A stretch of 63,520 nucleotides of DNA, filler included, from Stramenopiles sp. TOSAG23-2 (Eukaryota), in the NCBI GenBank assembly GCA_900128395.1. It is 7 parts of 7 records of this genome, joined end to end, with 100 filler letters (N's around TTAATTAATTAA, not from the genome) between each part and the next. Parts side by side here need not be neighbours in the genome. Positions count along the whole stretch, not along the records: positions 27,626 to 55,110 come from LT649416.1; positions 55,211 to 56,793 come from LT652652.1; positions 56,894 to 58,476 come from LT652653.1; positions 58,577 to 60,158 come from LT652654.1; positions 60,259 to 61,840 come from LT652655.1; positions 61,941 to 63,520 come from LT652656.1; 1 more part is not named here. One strand, 5' to 3'. Shown here one piece after another: positions 53,320 through 63,520 of the stretch. Under the pieces are notes generated by a model. It saw nothing but the letters and a program-made list of their open reading frames with translations. It did not search any database and had not been told where the DNA came from. A program made the translations under genes and the position numbers. Positions within the stretch are counted from its first letter, which is position 1. Each line of letters starts with the position of its first letter.

Positions 53320-55026
53320 ATGTCTGATAATACTGAACAACAAGAAGAACCAATGTATGCTCTTGGAATTGATTCTTCCACGCAATCTTGTTCAGCTGTA
53401 ATAATTGATTTAAAAAATAAAAATGTTATCATAGAAGAGTCTATTAATTTTGGACAATCGTTGCCGCAATATAATGCACCACAAGGTTTTATTGTTAATA
53501 ATGATATTCCAAATGAGTTTCACTCAAATCCATTAATGTGGTTAGATGCGCTTGATTTATTAATGGAAAAGTTAAAAGCAGAATGTGATTTGTCTAAAGT
53601 GAAATTTATATCTGGTGCTGGTCAACAGCATGGCTCTGTTTATTTAAATTCAACATGGTTTGATACTATAAAAAATTTAAATCATGAGCAAACGTTAAGT
53701 TTACAAATAAAACCATGTTTGTCTAGAGATTCGTCACCAATTTGGATGGATACGTCAACGTTAAGAGAATGCCAAGAAATTGCGAAGGAAGTTGGCAATA
53801 GTGAAAAAGTATGTGAATTATCTGGATCGATACCAACAGAACGTTTTACAGGGCCACAAATTCGTAAATTTTACAAAGAAAGTGCTTCAAATTACGAAAA
53901 TACGAGTAGAATACATTTAGTCTCTTCGTTTATTGGTAGTATAATTGCAGGTATAGATTCGCCGATAGACGTAGGGGATGGCGCAGGAATGAATTTAATG
54001 AATATAAAACAATTCGATTGGGATGAAACTTTATTAAATGCAACTGCACCAAATTTAAAGTTAAAATTACCTTCCATTTGCAATGAAAATTTAAATATAA
54101 GCTCTTCTGTTTCTAGCTATTTTATCAATAAGTATGGATTTTCAAATGATTGCAATGTTGTTCTATTTACTGGCGATAACCCTTCGTCCTTAGTTGGTAT
54201 GGGTGCTACTTCAACTGGTAAAGTTGTTATCAGTTTAGGTACAAGTGATACTTTTTTTGCTGCAATGAAAGATCCATGCACGGATCCAAATGGTAGTGGC
54301 CATGTATTTGGAAATGCTATAGAATTGAATCCTACTACATCGTCCTCAAACGATGACATATCAAAGTATATGACCTTGCAATGCTTTCTAAATGGTTCAT
54401 TAGCACGTGAAAAAGTAAAAGATCGTTTTCAAATGTCATGGGATGATTTTTCCAATGCATTATCTTCAACAAATATTGGAAATAATAAAAATATAATGTT
54501 GCCATTTTTTGGAAATGAGATAAGTCCAAAAATAATCGGGGATAACATTGAACCCATACTTTCTGGTACGGAAGATTTTAAAAATTGGAAAAATGCCAAT
54601 GAAGCAATACGTGCATGTGTGGAATGTCAAATTATTAATATGAAATGTTGTGTGAAATGGATGAATTTGTCACCAACACATATCTTTTTAACTGGTGGTG
54701 CAAGTGAAAATAATAATATTGCACAGATTGTAGCAAATATATTTCAGGCACGTGTATCTAGATTACAATCAAGTAGTTCATGTGGATTGGGTGGTGCTAT
54801 TAGAGCAGCTTCATGTAGCAGTAGTAATAATGATGGCAACAAATTATATGAAATGATTGAATTGCAAAATATTTATTGTAAGTTTGATCCAAATAAAGAT
54901 GTATTACCATCATCATCAAATGGTGATAGTGACAATAATGTGAAGGCTACTTACGATGATTTGTGTAATTCATATGTAGAGTTATTATTATCAACACAAA
55001 AAGAGGGAGGTTGGAGTAAAGTGTAA
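53320..55026 (+). CDS. xylB: Xylulose kinase (FGGY family, eukaryote-type)
   Basis: LGIDSSTQS, ISGAGQQHGSVY, SPIWMDTST, ERFTGPQIRKF, GDNPSSL, ISLGTSDT and TGGASEN motifs. Confidence 0.9.
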   Translation: MSDNTEQQEEPMYALGIDSSTQSCSAVIIDLKNKNVIIEESINFGQSLPQYNAPQGFIVNNDIPNEFHSNPLMWLDALDLLMEKLKAECDLSKVKFISGAGQQHGSVYLNSTWFDTIKNLNHEQTLSLQIKPCLSRDSSPIWMDTSTLRECQEIAKEVGNSEKVCELSGSIPTERFTGPQIRKFYKESASNYENTSRIHLVSSFIGSIIAGIDSPIDVGDGAGMNLMNIKQFDWDETLLNATAPNLKLKLPSICNENLNISSSVSSYFINKYGFSNDCNVVLFTGDNPSSLVGMGATSTGKVVISLGTSDTFFAAMKDPCTDPNGSGHVFGNAIELNPTTSSSNDDISKYMTLQCFLNGSLAREKVKDRFQMSWDDFSNALSSTNIGNNKNIMLPFFGNEISPKIIGDNIEPILSGTEDFKNWKNANEAIRACVECQIINMKCCVKWMNLSPTHIFLTGGASENNNIAQIVANIFQARVSRLQSSSSCGLGGAIRAASCSSSNNDGNKLYEMIELQNIYCKFDPNKDVLPSSSNGDSDNNVKATYDDLCNSYVELLLSTQKEGGWSKV

Positions 55027-55110
55027 AACATACGATTCATAACTGTATTATATATATTTTAATTTACGCATAATTTATTGTTTTAATTTACTCATGATAA
55101 TTCCTACTAG

Positions 55111-55210
55111 NNNNNNNNNNNNNNNNNNNNNNNNNNNNNNNNNNNNNNNNNNNNTTAATTAATTAANNNNNNNNNNNNNNNNNNNNNNNNNNNNNNNNNN
55201 NNNNNNNNNN
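55111..55210. other. Artificial contig linker
   Basis: 44 N + TTAATTAATTAA + 44 N. Confidence 0.98.
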
Positions 55211-55280
55211 TCATATTTATTAGACATTAATAGATATAGGTCTGCATAGTTAGTTAAAATTTTTTACATTATTTTATTAG

Positions 55281-55517
55281 ACATTAAAGCATGATATAGT
55301 GTTACGGGTATGGAAGACAAGAGGGAAACGGATCGCTGACGTACAATTTATAGGGACGAAGGAGAATGTCCTTGCCGATGCTTTATCAAGATTTGATATG
55401 GAAACATTCAACAAAATAACTAACAATTTACCATTTAATCTCGTGGAACTTCAGATACAAAACAGAATTACAGTAGACTGGACGAGAGCCGTAGAAGAGA
55501 TGATGAAGTACACTTAG
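55281..55517 (+). CDS. Retroelement RNase H C-terminal fragment
   Basis: IGTKENVLADALSR (N-x-x-ADALSR motif). Confidence 0.7.
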   Translation, partial: TLKHDIVLRVWKTRGKRIADVQFIGTKENVLADALSRFDMETFNKITNNLPFNLVELQIQNRITVDWTRAVEEMMKYT

Positions 55518-55522
55518 ATCCT

Positions 55523-56500
55523 GTGAATACGAAGAAAGGCTTAGGTACGGCTTTAAGAAACTGGGAGACCTTCTGTAAAGAGTTTAATTTCAATAACCGT
55601 CTAGATTTTACGGGTAGTTTCCAAGAGAGGCGACTGCAAACGATCCGTCTGTGTAACTGGTTACAGTGGAACACATTACGAAAGAGTAAGACTAGTGAGA
55701 AGAAAGCAATGACGTCGGCTGCATCCTTTCTGACATACGTATATAATTTGCAAGCGGCACACCAGCGGGAGGGCCGTGAGTGGAAGATCACGTACGAGTT
55801 TCACTTAATGAAGAAGCGCTTGAAAAGACAATACGGATGGGGGGGGCGTAGGAAGCTGCCCTTGTTCATATCGATGATAGACAAGTTGGAATCGACGGGG
55901 GCCTTGATTTTGCATATAGGAGACGACACGCAAGTGATTACGATTATGTTGATGACAGTGTTCGGACTAATGAGAATTTCGGAAGTATTAGATCTTAAAG
56001 TAAAAAATGTTCGAGAGACACAAGTGAACCAAACACAAGCATTGATGCTGACGCTCGAGGACAGTAAGACAATGAAACGAAACAGAGGAAAGCCAGAGAT
56101 AGTCATGCTAGTAGAACGAGAAGGTACGTCCAGGTGGTGCCCATACAAACTATTGAGGGACAAAGTTCGAAGTATGAAAGCGGCAAACATAAATGGAAAG
56201 ATATTCACAATGCCTCGGAGGAGATATAGCGATAAATTAAGGAAGGCACTGAGCCTGATAGGTTTCGACAGCAAATTGTACGATACACATAGTGGCAGAA
56301 TAGGTGGTGCCACTATGTTGTGGGAGAAGGGTATATCGATGGAGCAGATAAAAGCATATGGTAGGTGGCAATCGGACTGCTGGTTATGGTATTGCAGAAG
56401 ATTGAGCACGGATTATGTGAAACTTAGCAGAGCAATAGGTAGTTCAACAACAGTTAGTAGTGAACTAGTATCTCAGCTGATATGGGTGTCACAAGAGTGA
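55523..56500 (+). CDS. Tyrosine recombinase (integrase)
   Basis: GLMRISEV (R), SKT (K), HSGRIGGAT (HxxR), GRWQSD (W) and WYCR (Y); the frame is open upstream to about 55439. Confidence 0.88.
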   Translation: MNTKKGLGTALRNWETFCKEFNFNNRLDFTGSFQERRLQTIRLCNWLQWNTLRKSKTSEKKAMTSAASFLTYVYNLQAAHQREGREWKITYEFHLMKKRLKRQYGWGGRRKLPLFISMIDKLESTGALILHIGDDTQVITIMLMTVFGLMRISEVLDLKVKNVRETQVNQTQALMLTLEDSKTMKRNRGKPEIVMLVEREGTSRWCPYKLLRDKVRSMKAANINGKIFTMPRRRYSDKLRKALSLIGFDSKLYDTHSGRIGGATMLWEKGISMEQIKAYGRWQSDCWLWYCRRLSTDYVKLSRAIGSSTTVSSELVSQLIWVSQE

Positions 56501-56793
56501 GAGTAGGAGTGAGAGTAGGAGTAGCACAGGAGCTGCTACACACGGCGTTGTATGGTGTATGAATGATAGTTATGGGTTGGAAGGCAGCATATTCAGCTCC
56601 ATGAGCTGGGCCATAAATCATCATTCATATGCCAACAAACACAACGTTGTATTAGAGAGTAAATTAAATTAAATTAAGGAAGTAAGCTTGAGTAGTCAGT
56701 AAGGTATATTTAGTTTACCTATCGCCGATTGTAAATAATTCTATATTATTTGCATCATGCAATCGAGGCCAAATAATTAATTTATTTACAGAG

Positions 56794-56893
56794 NNNNNNN
56801 NNNNNNNNNNNNNNNNNNNNNNNNNNNNNNNNNNNNNTTAATTAATTAANNNNNNNNNNNNNNNNNNNNNNNNNNNNNNNNNNNNNNNNNNNN
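56794..56893. other. Artificial contig linker
   Basis: 44 N + TTAATTAATTAA + 44 N. Confidence 0.98.
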
Positions 56894-58476
56894 ATTGGAG
56901 CCTTGAAGGAGGCGGTGAATTGTTTAGCACAAGCACTTGCAGTTGGAACAGAACATGCGAATCGGCCACTATGGCTTGGTTTGCTTTCATATGCAAAGTA
57001 TTCAATAGGAGAGAGTATCAAAGGTGCAAATTTGGCCCTGGATGGTTTAGAGCTGCTTGGGGATGAAACATTACTGCCACAAAAACACAGCCAATTGAGC
57101 GTTGATATGCTTGTAAGGGAATATGGTGAATGTGATGATGTACCTAAGAAAGTAAACGTACAGGGCATCCCTGCATTGCAAGAAGCAAGGCGGTATTTGC
57201 TGTTTGCTTGTGCTAGAGGATCTTCAAACATTTGGTTTCCGGAGTCGATAGTTGCAAGAATGAAAGGTAAATATAACCTTGATGATCAAGCAGTGTATCT
57301 ACAATCGGAATGGTGGACATTTACCGCTTTAAAACAGGTGTATGAAGAGGGTGATATTGATATGTGGGCGGACCTACATTGTGATATGGCACAAGCATTT
57401 AATCGAAGTACAGAAAAGCCTGAACAAGGACGTCAAATATGCAGAAAATGTCAAACTCTAAGTGCAGATACTAGATTGAAACCACACCTGCGATCTAGAT
57501 GTATTTCCCAACCATTTATTTGGTATCCGGCAATTGCGCCGGAGTTCGTAAAAAATCAAATGAATTTCCTGGATTCTTCATATGATTTAGTGAAAGGCAA
57601 CATGAAATATGCTAATAATGCGCATAATCATATTCGCCAACTAATTGCAGCAGCAATCTCCGTCGGAGATATAAAATTAAGCGAAGTTTATCGCAAAAGG
57701 TTGCTTACGATCAAGTGTGACACAGAAGCATTGGAGGATCAAAAGTATCGTATCGAAGATCAAAATTTAGGTAATATTTATCAAGGGCACCTGATAAATG
57801 CTAACCTTCGTGGATTTGCTGACTTAGATGAAAAATTGGCTGCATTAGAGAAGAAGTATAGCAGGAAAAGTAATTTTAGCTTTGGACTGCATGCAATGAA
57901 AGGCTATTTGTCATTGTTAAATGATGAAATTGATACCGCCAAATTATATGTTGCAAAGAATTTTGTAAAAAGAATGATAGGATTTTTGGGCCAATTTTTT
58001 ACACATGTTGAATATTTTTTCTCTTTTGCAGTAGATACTGCATTAATAATGAATATACTGCAACCAGAAGATGGTAAGTTGCGCCCAACATTTGCAATAT
58101 ATTTTATAAACTATTAACAAATTAATTTACATATTACTATACTATAGAGGAGTGGAAAGATATTCTTCGCACTGCACGAACTCGGTATGAAATGTTTGAA
58201 ACAAAAATTCCAGGAACATTTCGAGTGTCCGGTCCAGCATGGGTTGCAGAAATAAGTTTGAGGTTAAAAGATCGACCTGTGAAAAATATGGTTGAAAAAC
58301 TGGAAAAAGCTATTGAATACGGAGAAGAATTAGGATGTTTACCTGTTGATGTTTTCATTGCCAAATTATTTTTTTCAAAGTATAAAAATGATAAAGATGG
58401 TGTGAAGCAAGTAATCGCTACATTTGAAAAGATGGGCCATAAATTAAGACAATTGCATGCAGAAAGAATTTTAAAA
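56894..58476 (+). CDS. Internal fragment of an alpha-helical (TPR-like) protein, two exons (56894-58073, 58148-58476)
   Basis: Long open frames on both sides of the intron, in frame after splicing (…PEDE-EWKDILRTARTRYEMF…). Confidence 0.65.
58074..58147 (+). other. 74-nt GT-AG spliceosomal intron
   Basis: GTAAGT donor, AT-rich body, TAG acceptor; splicing restores the frame. Confidence 0.85.
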
Positions 58477-58576
58477 NNNNNNNNNNNNNNNNNNNNNNNN
58501 NNNNNNNNNNNNNNNNNNNNTTAATTAATTAANNNNNNNNNNNNNNNNNNNNNNNNNNNNNNNNNNNNNNNNNNNN
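58477..58576. other. Artificial contig linker
   Basis: 44 N + TTAATTAATTAA + 44 N. Confidence 0.98.
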
Positions 58577-59252
58577 AATGTTTATCTCGGATCTAACAGT
58601 CGCACGGCACCACTATTTTTTATAATTAGTATCCCCTTGGCACTAGCGAAAACTTATCTTTGGCACCTTGACTATAGACATTTTTTTATTTTTATTTTAA
58701 TATCCAAGAAGAGCACAAGATGCCATAAACATACTTATTATTACTTTTTAATATTATAATATTAATACCTGTGTCCAGCTGTGTGTTTTATTTTAAAATG
58801 GAACAATTCTGTTTAGTACACGATTTGTAATATCCATCACAAATCACATACAACATACAACTCGTTACTCGATTTTTTGATCATATAGGAACCGTCATTA
58901 GTATATGTAAATATGTACTTAATATATTTTAAAAGTATTAGGGCACAAGCGGTTTTCCATTTTGTATTAAATCTTCATTCATAATGCTATTCCCCTTGTA
59001 TTATTATATATTACCACCTGGTGCTGTGTGGTGGTATATTACAGAAGTGAAGTGAAGTTGTAGCTGAAAAATTTTCATTTTTTTCAGAGAGAAAAAAAAG
59101 GGGAAATATTGCAAGAAGCAAGAATGCAAGAATGTATTTACTACTAATTATAAAATGAAATGAAAAATATGATGGTGTAGAAAGTAGAATGTAGAAGGTG
59201 CAGGTATATATATATATATTATAGATAGAAGTAAGATAAGATAAGTGTAAAC

Positions 59253-60158
59253 ATGAGAGATATGAAGAATTATTATTATAATTATTATTGTGTATGTTTG
59301 ATTGTTGCATTGATATGTATATCAGTGAATAATATTGTCGTTGGTACTACTGATGGTGTTGAGCAGAAACCACGTTGTAAAGGGAAAGGGCATGGATATA
59401 CAAATCGAATAAGCAAAGGGAAATGTAAAACGATAGATAGAAACGCATGTAGAAAGGTTGGAAAACAAGACGAAAACAATAACGGATTCTTAGACTCTGA
59501 TGAATGGTCCACGATGAACAGACCAACAAATCATCCAGGGGGTTGTTTTTTCTTTTTAGGAAAAGGGAGACACTATAGAAAGACGTCATATAATAATCCT
59601 AAGAAAATGGAGATTGCTAAACGGTTGGGATTGCTTTCGAAGAGAGTTTCACCAGGAGATAATTGGGACGAGGACGATTACGATTCCAAAAAAGACAACA
59701 TTTTAGCACTCATCAAATTCACAGACGCTCCCCCCACTGCCTTCCGCCAACCTATATGTAAAGAGGAAATCTGCCGCATTTGTCCAGAAGGTACCTTTAG
59801 CAGCAATGAAGACGTGAAGTGTGTTGAGTGTCCTCCTGGAAAATATCAAGGGACCCCTGGACAAACATCTTGCAAATTATGTCCTGAAAATACTTACCAT
59901 ACGAAAAAAGGGGCAGTTGGAAACAAAATGTGTTTGTCCTGCCAATCCGGTAGATATGCAAGCAAAGATAGGACGCATTGTGATAGTTTCAAAATAGCAA
60001 AAAGTATCTATGGTATATTAAAAAGATTAGATAAGCAAAAAGAAGAACAAAATGATTTATCCATTAAAAATTCACGTTTATGGCAACAATATAAAATACG
60101 TTTAAAACATGATAAATTAATGCAACAACGGAAATCAAAAGATGATAAAAAAATCTTA
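59253..60158 (+). CDS. Secreted Cys-rich protein with GCC2/GCC3 (ephrin-receptor-like) repeats, 3'-partial
   Basis: Signal-like N-terminus; CRICPEGTFS, CVECPPGKYQ, CKLCPENTY and CLSCQSGRY repeats. Confidence 0.75.
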
Positions 60159-60258
60159 NNNNNNNNNNNNNNNNNNNNNNNNNNNNNNNNNNNNNNNNNN
60201 NNTTAATTAATTAANNNNNNNNNNNNNNNNNNNNNNNNNNNNNNNNNNNNNNNNNNNN
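60159..60258. other. Artificial contig linker
   Basis: 44 N + TTAATTAATTAA + 44 N. Confidence 0.98.
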
Positions 60259-60776
60259 GTTATAACACACACAATATATATATACACATTTTGTCTTTTA
60301 CTATAAAACTGTATATATCCGGATACTTTTTTGTTTTTGTATAATCCAATCTTAATTTAAATTATTGATTGTTTTTTTTTTGATGATATATAATATGATG
60401 AGATGAATCCTCCATCATCATCTTATTCCTATTGCTGGATTGCAACTATTCCCAATAAATAATAAACAACTCGCAAACTCGCTCCGCTCGATCCTGTCAC
60501 TATTTAAAACGATACACTATTGATTTTTTGAAAAACAGAAAGATAATAATATTATATACACATAGCATTATCCCTATCAGACGACTGTATTCTTTATGAT
60601 AGGATTAATATTTTATTATTATATATTATTATTATATACTTACAACTATACTTGTTTAACTTCCTCTGATGGGCTGTGCCCTGGTGTAAAAGACTTTATG
60701 ATGATAGAGATATTCGTAATTTTTAAAAATCTTGTAAAAAATGATGACATAGTTTAATTATGATGATGCATAAATT

Positions 60777-61232
60777 TTAAATAAACCCATCCTCATCTCC
60801 ATCTTTCACAACATTGTCTTTCTTATTTTCACTAAGTATTGGGGGAGGAGGGATATTTTTACGTCTATACAAAGGAATAACACGCACTTCTTGTTCATTA
60901 GATGATCCTTGTTTCCCCAACATTTCTTTGCGCAATCTAGCTTTCTCCTTTCTCCTACGCTGCAATAATAACGATGCTCTTCTTTTTCTATCATTTTTGA
61001 ATTCTTTAAATTCTTCTTCATTTTTCTTTGCAATAATTTGCAATGCATCCAATCTCTCGTTAAGATGTTGCTGTATGTTGACTAAATCTTGAAGTTCTTT
61101 ATTTTTTAATTTTAAATCTAAGATTTTGTTTTCAATTTCTTGTATTCTCTTTTTTTTCTCTTCCATTTCAATCGCAGTTGTCGCGCTTTGTTCTTTTATT
61201 TGCTTTAATATGGATGAAGTTCCAGATCCCAT
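60777..61232 (-). CDS. Small coiled-coil protein with N-myristoylation motif
   Basis: MGSGTS start (MGxxxS) and heptad-rich charged body. Confidence 0.6.
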   Translation of the reverse strand: MGSGTSSILKQIKEQSATTAIEMEEKKKRIQEIENKILDLKLKNKELQDLVNIQQHLNERLDALQIIAKKNEEEFKEFKNDRKRRASLLLQRRRKEKARLRKEMLGKQGSSNEQEVRVIPLYRRKNIPPPPILSENKKDNVVKDGDEDGFI

Positions 61233-61840
61233 AGTTTTATAATATTATATACAGGGTGTATGAATAGATATAGACGATTATGACTAAAATGTAAATTTAT
61301 ATTATATATCTAGAATATATATAATAATTTGCATTTTTACTAAACAACTGCTTGCAACAACTATATGACATAAATATATATTGTATGTACTTACAATATA
61401 TGTGTGATATGTGTACATTGAGTATTATAGCACGATGATGATATGATCATAATTTGTCTATCAGTTTAGACCTTATTAGACTAAATTAGTACAATTAGTA
61501 TATGAGTATACATATAATTGTACCTTTTTGATGATAGGTCAAGGTGCATAGGAGAAAATATCATCAAATTTTTTTCTCAAAAAAAAAAGGAGTGCTTGGA
61601 GTGCAAAAGGCAAAAGGTGATTGAATAAACCATTGAAGCTATGATTGAAATGCACAAATTAAAATGATGATATGATTTAGATTGATTGGTATAAAAAATA
61701 AAAAAAAAATGTAAAATGCAAATGCAAATTTGAAATTCAACAAAATTATTAATAACAGAATCGTGTGAGTATACTTATACTGGTATATGTATGGATCAAT
61801 GACATAATATATACATACATGCACATAACGAATTATTAAG

Positions 61841-61940
61841 NNNNNNNNNNNNNNNNNNNNNNNNNNNNNNNNNNNNNNNNNNNNTTAATTAATTAANNNN
61901 NNNNNNNNNNNNNNNNNNNNNNNNNNNNNNNNNNNNNNNN
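61841..61940. other. Artificial contig linker
   Basis: 44 N + TTAATTAATTAA + 44 N. Confidence 0.98.
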
Positions 61941-61984
61941 AACTTGATTGAAAAGAAGAAAATGTCGATATATATTCTCTTCAA

Positions 61985-63341
61985 CTATACGTACCTATGC
62001 ATTGACGTGAAAAAGAAAAAAAAGGCAACAAAATGTACACCCCAATCACATTCTTTAAACACTTTAATTGGTGTTAATGTACCACACGTAGCAGTAATTG
62101 CAGCACCAATTAATGATAAAATCCATAATATTATCATCCATGACATCCAATATGCAGATTCATGTAAACCCATCATACGCATTGTACCAACAATACGTGC
62201 ACGTTTTTCTCCAGTAATCGTATTGATAATGATCAATGTACCAATTAATGTACTCATCAAATTGTTCATTTCCACCATCTGCTTTGTCATTTTCTTCATG
62301 CAAATCACGTATTGGTTTAATCGTAACATCAACATTGACGGTATCACCATGATGTGATATAATCGCTTCATTTAATAAATTTTGTAAACCAACATGATGC
62401 CATGGTTCATTTGCACGATATCCATATGGACCAAGTACCGTACTATTCACGACTAATGTATACGTACTACCAGTTGGATCATTTTCATAATCAAAAAATA
62501 ATGCTGTATCCAAACGACCTAAATGTTTACGCATAAATGTAGAAATTTCAACATTACTTTTCATACCAACGATATCGGCACCATCTGGTAATGTATTATA
62601 TCGTGAACCAGTAACAAATTTCACATCTGAAGCAGAATTTACACCTGTTTTTAATATCCAATCGGAATTTCCTGCATTTGCATTAGCTGTTGTTGATGAT
62701 GATTGTTTTACTGCTGCTGCTTCACGTGTTTTCATACCAGCATTTGTTGTAAATATTTGCATAATATTATCAGTAGTTGGATTACTTGGACCATACATAA
62801 TTGTCACACATGATGGATTTTGTCCATCTATTTGTCCATAAAAATCAAATACTTGGCAACGTGTTGGTAATAATTCATAATCGGTTAATGGTTCAATGAC
62901 ATGTTCTTTCATGACTTCATCATTTAACAATGATAAAATTAATATTAATATTCCAGGTGCAAATAATAATATAAATAATGTAAACAAACGCCTTTTAAAT
63001 ACCCGNNNNNNNNNNNNNTTTTTAGTTAATAATGCATCTTCTTGTGCAATCCAAGCATATGTTAATGGGTATTTTTCTTGTAATGATTTGTTTTGATTAT
63101 GGAAGTTGTTGTTGTTGTTGTTGTTATCATTATTATTCGTTGGCACAATGTTGGCATTTAATCCTTGTGATTGCTGTTGTTGTTGTTGTTGTGATTTCAT
63201 CATTGTTGTTAATGGTATAACACGTCTTGAGTTAGTATTAAATTGATGATTATTACTATTGTTTGTTGTGGTTGTTATTAAATTACTATTTATATTTTTA
63301 TCTCTATTATTATTATGATTAATTTGTTGTAAAAACGCCAC
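61985..63341 (-). CDS. ABCA-subfamily transporter, N-terminal fragment (frame break near 62250, 13-N gap at 63006-63018)
   Basis: KRRLFTLFILLFAP TM1, large exoplasmic loop, then ITGEKRARIVGTMRMMGLHESAYWMSW (ABCA EK...MGL...YW signature); likely GTACGT donor at about 61994. Confidence 0.75.
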
Positions 63342-63520
63342 CTTCTCTTTTTATATTTAAATATTATACGGTTGATAATATTTTTGTTTGTTGTTTATGT
63401 ATGTATATATATATATATATAATTATAATATGTTGAAATAAATTTTGGAACTAATTTTTGTACTAAATTTTACGTAGTGCTAAATAATTAAATAATTAAT
63501 TAATTTAAAATTATCGAAAA

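Larger units (their letters stand above)
55281..56650 (+). mobile_element. 3' fragment of a tyrosine-recombinase retrotransposon (DIRS/Ngaro-like)
   Basis: RNase H C-terminus followed by an overlapping-frame YR ORF; purine-rich, higher GC than host intergenic DNA. Confidence 0.8.

Noticed and set aside
53320-55026. Horizontal origin of the xylulokinase
   Set aside because: Composition and low-complexity inserts match the host; a phylogeny would be needed and nothing in the sequence supports the claim.
56546-56646. Hammerhead ribozyme
   Set aside because: No CUGANGA/GAAA core on either strand.
27526-61940. TTAATTAATTAA flanked by Ns as a biological repeat
   Set aside because: Six identical 100-nt all-frame-stop linkers; they are concatenation artefacts, so gene neighbourhoods across them were not interpreted.
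1039-63220. Numerous short ORFs antisense to or nested in long genes, and low-complexity intergenic ORFs (e.g. 28245-28832, 39364-40038, 55801-56409)
   Set aside because: Shadow frames of real genes or microsatellite-derived; no recognisable motifs.
1-63520. tRNA or rRNA genes
   Set aside because: No cloverleaf or rRNA-like conserved segments were recognised by eye; tRNAscan-SE or Infernal would be needed to exclude them.

Overview
AT-rich, gene-dense, nearly intron-free eukaryotic DNA, probably from a unicellular protist (inference). It is not one locus: six artificial 100-nt linkers (44 N + TTAATTAATTAA + 44 N) join seven contigs (1-27525, 27626-55110 and five of about 1.58 kb), so adjacency only means something within a contig. 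Contig 1 carries a RING-H2 ligase, a TM-SAM protein, a chondroitin-synthase-like glycosyltransferase, a HAD phosphatase, HIS1/hisG, an LRR/Sfi1-repeat protein, a PKD-channel fragment, a minisatellite and an unusually decorated CHD remodeller. Contig 2 carries an EGF membrane protein, a zeta-toxin-like kinase, Ste24, xylulokinase and the main highlight: a 20-kb cluster (32959-52499) of three adjacent dCache genes holding four amino-acid-sensor (dCache_1AA-type) motifs. Two form a head-to-head pair with bacterial-chemoreceptor-like topology (TM-dCache-TM-HAMP); one ends in TPR-vWA, the other has no output domain. The third is a roughly 4,300-aa alpha2delta-like protein whose Cache domain is split by a 4-TM insert and which is fused to a repetitive polytopic membrane region with UBA/CUE-like modules and a C-terminal LRR. 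The small contigs include the 3' end of a DIRS/Ngaro-type tyrosine-recombinase retroelement, a gene fragment with a canonical GT-AG intron and an ABCA fragment. Several genes are broken by single-base frameshifts, most likely consensus errors. All domain calls come from motif recognition by eye; no searches were run.
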